A DNA stretch of 64,000 nt from Blepharisma stoltei ATCC 30299 (taxonomy: Eukaryota > Protista > Ciliophora), in assembly GCA_965603825.1 (NCBI GenBank), contig CBFDEM010000058.1, forward strand, positions 372,001 through 436,000. Reading direction: 5' to 3'. Every line of letters begins with the position of its first letter. Positions within the stretch are counted from its first letter, which is position 1. A program made the translations under genes and the position numbers. This document shows positions 48,586 to 62,008 of this stretch, piece by piece. Below the pieces are notes generated by a model that was not told the origin of the DNA, ran no database searches, and saw nothing but the letters and a program-made list of their open reading frames with translations.

Positions 48586-49833
48586 ATGTCCTCCATAGAC
48601 AACTTTACATTCAAGGGTGAAACTGGCAAAACTCTTATAAAGTCTCCTGGATCAATCCAAGGGCAAGTTTTCAACCTCATGCAGCTTGAAGGATGTACAA
48701 TCTACTTACTAGACCACTCTGATGCAGTTTATGTTGATGAATGCCGTAATTGCACAATTTTTATCGGTCCTGTCCAGGGCTCTTGTTTCCTTCGCAACTG
48801 CAATACCTCCACTTTTTCAATTGCTTGCAATCAAATTCGTACCCGTGACTGCACTGAACTGACAATTTTTCTCTATTCCCAAGCTGACCCTCATATAGAA
48901 AAATCATTCGGCATTAAATTTGCTCCTTATAATTTCTCATACCCTCTCCAAGACAAGCACTTTCAAGCAGCAAAACTAAACCCAAACGCTAATAAATGAA
49001 GCGTGGTCTATGATCACAATTCCAGTGAAGGTGAAGGACATTTTGAATATTTACCTCCTAATCAGTTCGTTGAAGAATCCAAAGATCTCTCCGGTTTACC
49101 ACCTCCAGTCAATCCAGTCCAGAGAAGTGTGATGTATGGAGGAAACATCAGAGAAGATATAATCCCACCTAGGGCTGCCAAAAATATTCAGAATCCTATA
49201 CCTGTGAGAAGAGACTTACCACCTCCAGCTATCACAAATCCTACAGATAACCAAAATTTGTCAGCGCAGGAAGATAGAAGATATGTCCCTTTTAATTCAC
49301 CTAAGATGGGAGAAGTGTCTCAGGTTGAAGCAAAAATTCAAAACCAAGTACAATTAAATGCTAATATTTCTCAAAATGAAGATTTAGGCATTATACAAGT
49401 TCTAACATATAACTACAGGCAAGGCCAAGGATTTGAATATGATTATACAGGAGTGACAAGTTTTCCAAATGAAATTATTAGGGGAACATTAGAATCTCTG
49501 GATGTGATTGTGAAGCCGTTTAATGAGAGCTTGAACTTGCTTTTCTTGTGCTCCATGCTCGTTGTTATTGGCTTTTTTGTGCTGTTTTTACAATTTTTTA
49601 TATTGAGGATGACATCAGAATGGAGAAAAGAAGCTTGGGCTATAGTTATTGTGTTTATTTGTATCAGTTTTATTGTGCTTCAGGTAATTATTTTCTTAAA
49701 AAAAAGAAATATTTCAAAGGATGGAGAAATTAAGGTGTTGGAGTTTGTAACGCAGGAGAACAGTAAATTCTACGAGCAGAAAAAAGCTACATTAAATGCA
49801 ACGCTAAATATGGTGAGAATTGAGATTAAGTAA
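48586..49833 (+). CDS. RP2/TBCC-domain protein with two TM segments, copy 2
   Basis: Near-identical to 42941-44188 (about a dozen amino-acid differences). Confidence 0.88.
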
Positions 49834-51992
49834 TAAGAAATTATGATTATTTAATTTTTTTTGTGTGAATCCTTATAGATAGCAACAAAATTTTTTCAAT
49901 AGTCATTAGGTGTTAAAGCAAAAATTATAATAAAATATTTTAAATTTTTCCAATATTAAAAAGGCCTGAGTTAAAAATATCTTTTTAGGCTTTAAAAAAG
50001 CCCTTATGGGCCAGTTCAGCCTAATTAATTATAATGAATTTGATGTTTAAATTTTTTAGATTTCAATTTTAGGCTTATCTATTTGAAAATTATTGAGCTT
50101 CTTTCAAAAACTAATACAATTAGGAAATTAAAGAATGTCTATAGTAATTTAATGGTTGGTAAAATAATCCGCAGAAATAATAGCTAATGGTTTAATTATA
50201 GCAAATCTAACAATGGTTAGCTTAATTAAGTTTGAATAGCTTGATAACTATTTGAAGCTATAAAGCAATTTTGAAAAATTGTATTCAATATTAACCTAAA
50301 TTAATAAATTTAAGTAATTGTAAGTTCATTTTGATTGCTTATGCTTAAATGTAAAAGCTTTGCTAAAAAAAACTAAATATTTCAGGGAAAATAAGTTTAA
50401 TCCTGAAATATAAACTAGCCTTTAAGAACACCTAAACATGGTGAAAAATTATAATAGCAAAAAATCTTTTCGATTAAATCAAAAATTGAAAAAATTAAGT
50501 TAGAAGTGAAAAGAATAATGAAATAGATGAAACTTATGCAAAACTAGTTATATTTTTATAAATTTATAAAGCGATTTATTAGTTAAATAGAAGAATAAAA
50601 TAAGGTTCTGGAATTTAAAGAGGTCTCTTCTTATATAAATGACTAATAAAGCACTTCATAAGAAAATATTTTTCAATTATCTGAGACTTTATTAATTAAT
50701 TTGGATGACGTTGCTAAAAAATTTTATTAACAAAAGCCTTTACTGGTTTAAATAAGCTTAAATTTAGAAATTTGTAAACCATTTTTATTGGTGGCTAGAT
50801 AAGAGATACCTTAACTTGCTCTAAGTCCTTCCAAAGGGTTCTAAATTAGCATAATCTTTTACCAATATAAATGTATATTAAAATTATGACTAATCTTCTT
50901 ATATAGTTCTTTAAAAAATTTAAAAATTATTTTTGCTAGCAATAAACAGTGAAGGCCTAGCTTTATCTCTATATTCGTTTCAACCTATAATATCCTAATT
51001 TTTTATCTCTTTCATGTCTTTCGACACGATTGAGTATCTGCATTACATATGAATTCCAAGATGTAACGATATTAACTGTAAAATTATGATCCAATGAATT
51101 AAGTTCTCAAGAGGAAATAAAATTAAATATTGAGTCATTATCTTAAATTATTGATTGCATCATCAATTTTATTCTTTAGCACTGTTTTACGAGTTTCAAT
51201 CCACTTGGTGGCATCACAGCAATTCTTCTCCTCTTGGATTTTCTAAGTCTAGTGATTGGTCGGCAAGGCATAAACTTCCATAGATCATTCAGATTTGGCA
51301 CTGTCATAGCATTCACTCGAGATGTTAGCATAATTCGAACCATTAATTTATATTAATTAATGTCCTCAAATTTTCAATTTTAGAAATTTCTCTAATGGCG
51401 AACTAAAATTGAAATCTATCAAAGAATTCGTTCAAGCACTGCAGTAAAGAATGAATTAATAAGTAAGAATGATCTATATAATTAGAATATAGCTATCAGA
51501 AATTGCTGCATTTTAGAGCTGGCAAGCTTAGTCCCAGACATATTTTCCATTTTATAATTGCTTAATAGAGGATACTGGTCAGAATTTACTTTAAATTGAA
51601 ATAGACTTATTGAAAAGTTTTTTTGATTTAAAATAATTTATGAGATTATAGAATTGATATTATAGCGCAAATGGTTTTATTTGACATTATAATTATCAGC
51701 TTATTATATAAGGCATTTATGCTAAAAAATTTTGCCTTTTTGCATTTATAGAGAAATGGCCACTTGGGTAGCTATCTTTTGTAAATAATTGGCTAAAATA
51801 TTTTATTATTCTTTAAGATATCTGCCCCTGAAGTCAATGCAGCATTTTCCTTTGCATTGCCATCAGCATAATTTGATAAAATGGTCAGAGATATCTAGAA
51901 AAATTTTCATCTAAAGAGCAAAGTTTTTGAAATTCATCATAGTCAATTAATTTATTGCTTCTATAAGTTGAGTGAATTAATGTAGCAAATAA

Positions 51993-52049
51993 ATATAGAA
52001 ATTGCCCGAGGATGGCGCTATTTTGCGCCATCCTCGGCAATTTCTATAT
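51993..52049. repeat. 25-bp inverted repeat with 6-nt loop and one unpaired C (palindrome family, copy 2)
   Basis: ATATAGAAATTGCCCGAGGATGGCGC-TATTTT-GCGCCATCCTCGGCAATTTCTATAT. Confidence 0.96.
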
Positions 52050-52423
52050 CTAATTTTAGTTGGATGCTAATAATAGACTTTTTTCATAATAAAATATTTA
52101 GTTTATTTTATTTAAAGCAATGATATTTTATGGAAGGTTTATATTCAAGTGTTTGGATTACTTTTGGATTTGAAGACTAATCCATAATATTGCATAGAAT
52201 ATAATATCTTTCAAACAAATTATAACCAAAATACAAAAAAATTTACTTGAATTATGATTTGATTCTGCTTTAATTAATTTTTTATATAAAAATTTTACTT
52301 TTTTAGTTCTTTCTAAAATTTAAGCAAATACGTTTTTAATGCAAATCTTCAAATTTGTTGAATTTCAATTATAGGAAGATGCTATTATAAAGAGTCGAGA
52401 GTTTTATTTTAATTAATTTGTCC

Positions 52424-54707
52424 ATGATTCATATAAAAATGTTAAAATCTTCGTTGCTTATCACTATATGAGCGTTGGGAATGCTATTCTTAGTTTATTT
52501 ATTATTTTTTGAAATAGGCTCATATTCAGCAAGCATAACAGGATCTGTAAAGTTTATATAGAAAGAACTAAAGTTATTAGACGAATATAATCTTATTGAC
52601 CAGTGATATGAAGATGATTCAAATAGAGAATATTTTACTTTTTTGTCTAAAAGAAGCAGTCAAAGCTCAGCAAACCGAACTATAAATGAACTGTATAGGG
52701 ATTCATATATGGAAATTTACAAAGTTCAAGAAGATCAAAAATGTATTCCGGAATCTTTTGGATATACGGATGAAGATTCATTATTAAACTTTCCACGGAT
52801 GAATTTTCCAAAATGTGCAGATAAATTGAATGCACACAAAACGGTAATAGAAATTGATGTTGAAAAGGATCAGCTGATAATGAATTGCCCTGATGGGGAT
52901 GGATGATATTACTTAGGATGCAACCAAGATGATGAGCTTATAGGAGAAGATAATTATCATGGGAAAAAACAAAAATACCCTGGCCATCCAGTTAAGCTCA
53001 AAAACAATGAAGAGTGGGCATATGGAACTTGTGGAGAAAATTTTCCATTACAAGGAGCTACTTATATAAATAGACCCAAAGAAAGTTCCAAGGAAAGGGC
53101 AAAAAATATAATGAAGACCATTCAAGCACAAATGCTTAACACGAAAAGCGAAAGCCAAACTCGTCCTTTAACTGTGCTTATTTTGACCTTTGATTCCATA
53201 TCCAGAATGAGTTTCTATCGGAACCTTCCAAAAACCCAAAAATTCCTAAGTTCTCTTTCTCCTGAAAAATTTAGGGTGTTTGACTTTAAGATTCACAATG
53301 TGATGGGAGATGGGTCTATTCCTAATGTTTTTCCTCTGATTTCAGGCAGAGCCCTTGAATCTGTTTCAAAATTTGATGCTGAAAAAAATAAAAAAAACAA
53401 GACTGATTTGCTGGGCTCAGCATCAATTTGAAATTATTTAAAATCAAAAGGATGAGTAACTTTGTTTGGTACAGAATTTTGTAAAGATTATTTTGCTAAG
53501 AAATTAGGAAGAAAGCCTGATGTCGATCATTTGATGACTGGTTTTTGGTGCGCAGCCACTGACTTGCTAAATTATGAGTAAACTGCTATATAGTGATTCT
53601 GACACAGATCAGAGATGCATAGGCAATCAAAATTCTCATGTCTATTCACTAAACTACACATATCAATTTATTCAAAATTATCAAGGAATTAATAAATGAG
53701 CTCATATAATGAGTGTGCCTGCTCATGAGAAATCAGGAACTGTTGTACAAACTCTTGACGATGATTTATTAGTTTTTATGAAAAAATTTCTAGAAACAAA
53801 GGATGAATTACTAATATTTTTAATGGCAGACCATGGAATGCGCTATGGTAGCTGATATAAAATTATTGATGGGTATTTAGAACACAAATTGCCTATGCTA
53901 TTTCTAATTGGATCTACTTCAATATTGCAAGACATTCCAGATGCAATCGAAAACCTATCACACAATGCAGATCGCCTTGTGACAAAAACAGATCTCCATC
54001 GAACATTAAAACATCTTGCTAATATTCCATATTTTCGTAGCTTCAACAGATTTTCTCGATATGAGTATAAGTCTTGAACTGCTGAAGGCGATGCTATAAG
54101 CTTGCTTATCGATAAAGTCCAATTGTCTAGAGAATGCTCAAAGGCTGCTATACCAAAAATTTGATGCTCATGCCCAAAACTTCAAGCATTAGAGAGAAAA
54201 GTCTTCGATGGGAGACAAACTGATGACAAATTTATTCTTGAAATTCGAAAAATAATAGAAAATATTGCGGAAATGATGATTTATGAAATAAATCAAGAGA
54301 CTTATGGATCTTTTTACTCAGAAGGATGGCGGATATGCCAAAAAATTACCATGAAAAAAATTGATTATGCGGAATGGTCGAGATATGATTATGGAATCCA
54401 TTTGTATAAGGTAAGAGTAAGTATAAATGAAGATGAAAAAGTGAAATATGAAGGTTTGGCAATGGTTTCAGAAAGAGATATAATTGAGAGAAGTCGAAAG
54501 ACAGTTTTCCCTTTATCTTCTGTTATTAATGATGGGAAAAAAAATCTGAAAATTTTATATTTGAATAGAAAAGGCCCTCAGTCTGATTGATGCAAAAAAT
54601 TGTCTTTCGGAAAAAAAATGTTTGGGTCTCTTTGCTTATGCAATGAATATCAAGAAATAGAGAAATATAATCCAATAGCAATAGAAAAAATATTAAATGA
54701 ATCATAA
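52424..54707 (+). CDS. DUF229-like alkaline-phosphatase/sulfatase-superfamily membrane protein (introns 52547-52561 and 53578-53593)
   Basis: N-terminal TM anchor; VLILTFDSISRMSFYRNLPKT, FLMADHGMRYG, EHKLP and DLHRTLKHL. Frames reconcile with TGA=W plus a 15-nt and a 16-nt intron. Confidence 0.85.
52547..52561 (+). other. 15-nt spliceosomal intron
   Basis: GTAAAGTTTATATAG; in-frame TAG removed. Confidence 0.85.
53578..53593 (+). other. 16-nt spliceosomal intron
   Basis: GTAAACTGCTATATAG; accounts exactly for the frame change between flanking ORFs. Confidence 0.88.
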
Positions 54708-54934
54708 TTATTCCTAACTTTTAAAATTAATAACTATTCTTTTGTTCTTATTAAGTTAAATATCAGTTATGAGAGCTATTTAAACGCGATTTATAATATA
54801 TTGACATTTTATATCCCAATATTATGTGGTTTTTTGAAGAAGTACCAAGACTAATTAAAAGAAAATATGAATTAAGCTAAAAAACATTTTTAGGCTCATA
54901 TGAACAATATTAAACGCTGTTATTTTTAATAAAC

Positions 54935-57562
54935 TTAAAACTTTGGGCTTTGAGGCTTGTACATAAGCTTGAAGTATGTCTCTTCAGTTGGTGGCACAAA
55001 GCTATCTTTTACTTGCTGAGGGCAGAGCTTTAGTAAATAAATCATAGAATTTTCTATTTTCGCTTTTAATGCAAAACTTTTTGTGTCGACAGCGTTTCCT
55101 TCTTCGTCAATTTTTGGTAAATTTGCCCAATCAATAGCCCTGCAAACTGCTTCCAAAAATTCCACATAACACATTTCTAGATGTTTATTTTTATATAAAT
55201 CATCCACTTGGGTCATCATAGAAAGACTGTAGCAAATATCACTCTCTCTGGTGGTAAAGCCTTCTCTTATAAATTGTGCATCCGCGCATAGAGTTCTGAA
55301 TTCTTCTACACTGACAAATGGCTTTTTCCCTGGCAGAGTCTTTTTTCCACTATATTTTTTAAAAATTGCATCTAAAATCATTTTATGGACTTTTAATGCT
55401 AAATCGACGTCTTCTACTAAATATTTTTCATATCTCCATTTATTCGAGTCATACTTGCTGAAAACTGGTATCAAATGTGTTTGAGCTAATTTTTCAATTG
55501 CATCACCAACTGTAGAACAGACTTTATTTCTTATATATTTATCATTAGCAATCCTAACGAGTATTTCCATGAATTCATATCTGCAAATTCCATTTTTTGC
55601 GTTATATATTTGGTCTTTATGGACTTGGGATTTGATCGCATTCCAATTTACTCCAATGTCAGTAACATCATATAGCTCATCAATAATATTACACATATTA
55701 AGAAATTCACTCATCCCATTTGGCCCAATACAAAAGATTTCGCCTCCCCCAGTTGCCGAAAAATACTTATAAAATTCTCTAAATGATTGGTAAATTGCTT
55801 TCAAAATTGATTTTACGTGCTCTTGATCAGCTAGCTTTTTGACAAAATTTGGAATTCTTGTATGTTTGTAATCAAATTCAAATCCATCATTCCAAGTATC
55901 ATTTGTGTCAAAATGATAATCTTTAAACAAGCTTATAGGGATTTTCCAAATAATCCTGTCAAATTCTTGATCTGGCTTTTCATACTCTGTTCTAGCTATT
56001 CTTGGCTTTGTTTCAAAAAATCCTCTGCGAGTGCAAGTTGGACCTTCTGCCATTGCAATGTTTATTTGGGAAATTGTATAAGAATTTTTCAAGATGTTTA
56101 TTTTCACTGGATATGATAAAATCTTTTTAGCATAATTTGAGGATTTAAATGGTCCTTGGAGAGTTGAAAAGAAAAAATGTATTTTTCCTGGTGGAACTGC
56201 TCTTTTGATTGTAAAAGATCCATTATCTTGTTTTTTCATTATATCTGGCCGATATTCATCAATTTCCAAATTGATGAACACCAAATCTTCATAATTCCCA
56301 TTTTCAGGTTTATAAATAAAAACCATTTCTTTCCACTGTTCACATATTCAGCAGTTCGGGCTGCTTTCACTGTGATTGATAAAGACTTTATTTCCAATAA
56401 CTCTTTGGAAAAAATGTGATTGAAGAGCATTCTCATTGATGTTTTCATCTACTAAAAACCCTAGTGAATTTACTTTACAATGGTTTCCTTCCATGTGAAG
56501 CCCAATTAGTGTATGATTGTGTTTTAAATACTGGTTAATTATTTCACACTCTTGCTTGCTTATATCGTTATATGATAGATCTAAATGCGCCAAAACGACA
56601 TTTTCTTTTAACGATTTTCCAATAGCTTCTGCAGCTGGTGATTTTGGATTGTTTCCTATAGCATTCCATGATAAGTCACAATATCTTAAGCCTTCGTTCA
56701 TTTCGATGCCTCGAAATATTTTCACAACTCCCGTGCCTGAAATTTTATTTCAATGCAAATCTAAAAATCTTAAGTTTTGATTATATAAAAGCATTTCTTC
56801 TAAGGCTTGACAAGAAGAGTCCCCAATATTATTTTTCGCTAAATTTATTCTTGTTAGAGTCCTATTATCTGCAATGCATTTGCATAACGTTATTATTGCT
56901 TTATTCCCTATTTTACAATTTTCCAAATTCAAGTGCTTGAGAGTTGGATTTTCATCAGTAAGCAAATCACTGATTTTTGCAATAGAACTCTCTCCAATTC
57001 TATTGCCACTTAAATCAAGCCTTTTGGTATCTTTGTATTCTAAATTTTTTAAAATTTGGAAAGTCCCTTTTTCGCTTAGCCGGTTCTCTTTTAAATTGAG
57101 GACTTCTAAACTTTTTACATGCTTTAGTCCTTCAGAAAAAGCATCAGCATATTTATCTCCCATACCACGATGTGGGACATCTATAATTTTATCTGACCCT
57201 GCTCTTCTAATGATACCAAATGGCTGAGGGGACAATCTTTCTTTTTCAATAACATTTAAATAGGCCAATGTTGGGGTATCTTCTAAATGTCTAAAGTTGT
57301 TTCTTTCTGAAAGTTGTGGAAGACTTTTATACGAATCAATATACTCAAGTTTGGCCATTGGACCTACTGGACCATTATAATAAGGCATCGAGCCTCGTTG
57401 TTCGTTTCTAGAAGGCTTTAAAAGTTTACTATAGCCTTTTTTCTTTTTTTTAGGAATCATAGCAGGCTTAGGCTCTGTTGCATATGTCATATGCTTGGGC
57501 GAACCAATATAAAGATCGGTGGGAATTCTGGTTATTAAAGGCAGCCTCGTTACTGAGTCCAT
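54935..57562 (-). CDS. Leucine-rich repeat (RI-like) protein
   Basis: LNLKENRL, LDLSGNRI, LDLH*NKI and DLSWNAI; three co-frame ORFs joined by TGA. Confidence 0.87.
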
Positions 57563-57663
57563 TTATCAAAAAAATAATTTCACTGAAGTAAAAATTCGAT
57601 AGAGTTTTATCTAAAATGAAAATAGCTATTATAGTAGAAAAGCATTCTTCTGCTTTAAAAAAA

Positions 57664-59556
57664 TTATTTAGAAATTTTTACAGATGAAATGCTAAGTTCT
57701 TGCAAAGCACTTCGTGGGGTTTCTCTTGGCTTTTCTGGCTTTTTAATATTTTTGGAGTAATTTTCTATGAATTCATATAAATCAGGTAGGGCTTTTTTGA
57801 ACTCAAGGCTTTGGCTTTTTGTTGATTTGTAAACGTAAACTTTAGCAAATTCTTCGTCATCATCTTCTTGGTATTTTAATGTATTTTCTTCTAGAGAAGA
57901 CAATAAATTTCTATCCATCTCTTCTTTTTGCTTAGGCAAAGCTTCCTCAACTTCAACTATCAACGGTTTCAGATCAAGCGCAGATTCTTGGTTCATTTGA
58001 GCTAAAGATGATATATAAGAAATGCTGCTTAGCCGATCACCTCCCCCCGTTCTCCACCTTTTGCCAGACTCAGCTGATTTTGCTCTTTCCTCTTTTATTT
58101 TTATAGACTCCTGTCTATAAGATTCCCTTGATTTTGTTTCTCTCTGATAGCTTTTGCCTCGAATTTTTTTAAATAGTTTTGGCTTCGGATTTTCTGGTTC
58201 AGGGATGTCTTTAGAAGTGCGACTTATGTAAGCTTGTGTAGGCCTTAAGTAATTAGAATTTAAAATAAATGGTCTGGGCGGCTTATTCATGCTTGGTTTT
58301 CTTGCTAGCTCTGAATAATTATCAGCTTGAGGAAAAGAAGCTGTATATTCATGGACTACAGAATTGACGGTACTTGGGCGATTATTAAGCGGATCTGCAG
58401 TTTCTATTATAGTGTTTGGAGAAATTCGATGGAAATAAGGAGTTTGCTCAGTTGTTATTTCTTTTGATTGCTTTTGAGGAGAAGAGTGTTCTATATATCC
58501 AATTTCTGGGATTGTGGCTGAATCTTTTATACTGTCTAATGTTTTACTTATAATCGGAGTTGGTTCTGTCTTTATATCAATAATATCAACTGATTTATTG
58601 GAAGCTCTTTTTAATAATCCAAGCACTGAATTTACTGCCATTTGATGGACTTTATTCTTAATCACAGTAAATCTAACCCTATTCCTTTTCCAAAATTCTT
58701 TAACTCTTAAAAATACCAAGTTTTCTCTAATTTTTTCCAATTTTTTTACTTTTTCAAGTTCATATCTTAAATTTTCTATATAATTTGATGCTAAAAATTG
58801 CTTTCAGCAAACTTGGATCACGCTCGACACTTTTTGCATTTTTTTCTTTCTTTGCTCTATCCTTAATTTCAATACTGGTCCAAAATATTTTCTAATTTTC
58901 ATGCCTTTTACATATTTTTGTATAACAATTGCGGCCTTATTTGCTGATTCTCCCATATTTCTTCAGTATTCATTAACTTGGTTTTCGAGTAAAGCTAAAT
59001 AATTTTGTAATTTTTTCTTTTCAAGCTCGATGTAGGATTTGTTATAAATTTTTCTTATTATATATCCTCTTGCATATCGTTGAATTGTTACAGCTGCAGT
59101 TTCAAGTTTCTGCTCGAGCTCTTGGTGTTTTATAAACAATCTTTTGATTCTGCTTTGCTTTATGTTTTCTTGTTCTTGCTCTTTTTGAATTTCTAAGAGC
59201 TTTTGGTCTTTATCTGAAATCTGTCTTCTTGCTGAGTTAGCTCAACGCATAGATTGCAGCTCCTTTATTTTTAACCTTGTAGCTTTATCAAGAGTTTGGT
59301 CTTCGTAGAATCTGTCAGTGTATTGCCTATAAAACTTGTGGGAAACCCCATGGTTCTTTATAGGTCCTGGATTGTCTGATTTTTCATTTTTAGGATGAAA
59401 CATTTCCATTGGTCTGGTGTAAGTAGGTCTAGGAATTTCAGGCTGCTTTAAAACTGCTAAAGGCTGATTAACAGGGGATAATGATCTTGTGATTGCAGGA
59501 TGAGAATTATTTGAGTCGAAATTGCTTTTAAAATGATTTCTAATCGAGGATTCCAT
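57664..59556 (-). CDS. IQ calmodulin-binding motif protein
   Basis: IQRYARGYIIR, IQKYVKGMKIR and IQVC*KQF lie between the two co-frame ORFs. Confidence 0.8.
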
Positions 59557-59757
59557 ATTCAAATTAGAAATATTTTCATTATTTTTCTCGTCTTGATAAG
59601 ATGAATAAATCTTATTAAATATTTTAATTTTTATGATCGAATCAAAAATTAAGTTTTCACAATATATATTTCAGCGCTTTTTAAGTTAAAGAATACTATT
59701 AATTACTTGGGCTTTTAAATATAAATCCTAGTTAATTTAGAGAGAATTTTATATAAA

Positions 59758-60999
59758 ATGGAGCAAGATCTCAATGCACTTGTTGATCAAGCTTATGCTT
59801 ATAAATGTAACTATTACACAGCGAGATTCGAGTATGAGCTTGCATTAAATACTTTTAAACAAGCCATTGAAATATTGCTTAGCTACACGAAACAATATAC
59901 CGATGAAAATGAGAGAGCAAAAGCAATAAGAGCGATAGATACACTATTAAAGCAAGCAGAATTTTGCCAAGCCCAATTAAATCCTATGATACGAGAAGAA
60001 GCTAAACGACTTGCTTATATACAAGCTCCAGAGCCTAAACCCCAGTCAAGTCGACAGAGCACTCAGGTTCAGCCTTCAGCATCTCATCCTCAACCTCAGC
60101 ACCAAAGTGACGGCCCTTTGGAGGCTATGATAGAAAATGAAATTTTGGATTCTTCAAACCCTGTTAGCTGAGACGATATTGCAGGCTTAGAAAACCCGAA
60201 AAGAATGCTGCAAGAAGCAATCATTCAGCCATCACTTTTTCCTCACATCTATACAGGACTTAGGGCACCTCCTAAAGGGATTTTATTATTTGGGCCGCCT
60301 GGGACTGGAAAAACAATGCTCGCTAAAGCAGTTGCATCACAGGCAAAATGCTGCTTTTTTAGCATTTCCTCTTCAGTTCTAACTTCAAAATTTGTAAAAT
60401 TTACTTAGTATGGAGAAGCTGAAAAACTGGTGAGAGCACTTTTTACAGTTGCAAGGAGAAGGCAGCCTTCAGTAATTTTTATTGATGAAGTAGATTCCAT
60501 TCTTTCATCTAGATCTGAAAGCCAGCATGAAGCTTCAAGAAGACTTCAAACTGAGTTTTTAGTCCAAATGGATGGAGTTCGTGGAGATTCTGAAGAAAGA
60601 ATTGTCCTTATAGGTGCAACAAACAGACCTCAAGAGCTTGATGAAGCAGTAAGAAGAAGGTTCACTAAAAGAATATATATTGATTTGCCTGATGTTCCAG
60701 CCAAAATGTCACTAATAAGTTCGCTTATGAAAAATGTGAATAGTAATATAACAGATGATCAAACCAGAGAATTAATGCGGATGACTGAATATTTTTCAGG
60801 AAGTGATTTAGCAGCACTTTGTAAAGAAGCTGCAATGGTACCACTGAGAACTTTGACAAAAGAGATGCTTGCGCAAGGAATTGTGCCACCAGTTACAATT
60901 GAGTCTTTTAGGGCAGCTCTTAGAGTGATAAGACCTTCAGTTTCGAGGGATTCCTTAACATTTTATCAGAGATGGAATCAAGAATTCGGGTCTAATTAA
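59758..60999 (+). CDS. Spastin/fidgetin-like meiotic-clade AAA ATPase with MIT-like N-terminus (15-nt intron at 60394-60408)
   Basis: VS*DDIAGL (TGA=W), [33 protein letters not shown] and WNQEFGS. Confidence 0.9.
60394..60408 (+). other. 15-nt spliceosomal intron
   Basis: GTAAAATTTACTTAG; removal gives [14 protein letters not shown]. Confidence 0.93.
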
Positions 61000-61131
61000 T
61001 GATATGTTTTATTTCATTAAATTTGAACTAAACTCGTAATCAAAAAGTATCAATTATTTTTGACGAATTTCTTATATCATTTAGCTTTTAGGGTAATTTT
61101 ATTAAAACGATAAAAACAGATTAATATTATC

Positions 61132-61710
61132 ATGGCAGAAACGAAATTTGAAAGAGTAATAAGAACTCTGAATAGCATATTTTGTGACTGGGGCTGGAGC
61201 ACTGTTATAAAACCAAAAGACGGTAATTTTGTAGGAAATACAGCTCCTCTCTGAAGAAGTCCTAGTCCTTTTTTATATTTGGTTGTGGGAGTATTTAACT
61301 TGATCACTTTTTTCCTAGAATTACTGATAACTTCGTTTGCTGTTGATTTTAAAGGAAGTTGCCAAGCAGCTGTGACTTATTTCAGAAATATTCTGATATT
61401 TTTCTTCTTACTGAATGGTTTATGGCAATTTTATATGTCAAGATGAAAAATTGGAACCGATAAACAATGGTGTCGATATTTAACTGTATCAACTGTGCTA
61501 AATTCGCTTTTGTTACTATTCTCAATATTAGTGATTATTGCATTGATCGCAGACTCCGCTTGCTCTTCAGATGATTCAAATTCTTATAATATTTCTGTGT
61601 CGCTAATTGCTCTTGGGCTACTTTCAGGAGGATGCTATACAGGCTTGATAGCTTATTCGATCACCAAACTTTATTTTAGAGGGAATCCATTAGCTTATAA
61701 TTCAGAATAA
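61132..61710 (+). CDS. Small multi-pass (about 4 TM) membrane protein
   Basis: ATG 61132 is co-frame with ORF 61495 via two TGA codons; hydrophobic segments. Confidence 0.7.
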
Positions 61711-62008
61711 AAATATATTATTAATTTTAAAAGAAATTTATGAAATATATTTTTCAAAATATAAAATTTCTATATTAAATTTAATGAAATATTAAATAAA
61801 ATTATAATAAAATTGATTTAACTAGTTTTAATCTTTAAGATGTGAAGAAATCTGCTTATTAAATTAGTCAAAAGATTGATTTTTGCCTGGCTTCTCAACC
61901 AGATATTACTAATGTAAGTATTTTAAAAAACTCAACTTTCTCTAATAAGACTTCAAATTATAACTTTCCATTGTTTTCTGTCAATTTCCAAATTCCAATA
62001 ACAATAAA

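Larger units (their letters stand above)
47837..49926 (+). repeat. Segmental duplication unit B
   Basis: Direct repeat of 42278-44280. Confidence 0.92.

Noticed and set aside
51000-51350. Short minus-strand open stretch (MVRIMLTSRVNAM...)
   Set aside because: Under 60 codons with no recognisable motif; cannot support a gene call.
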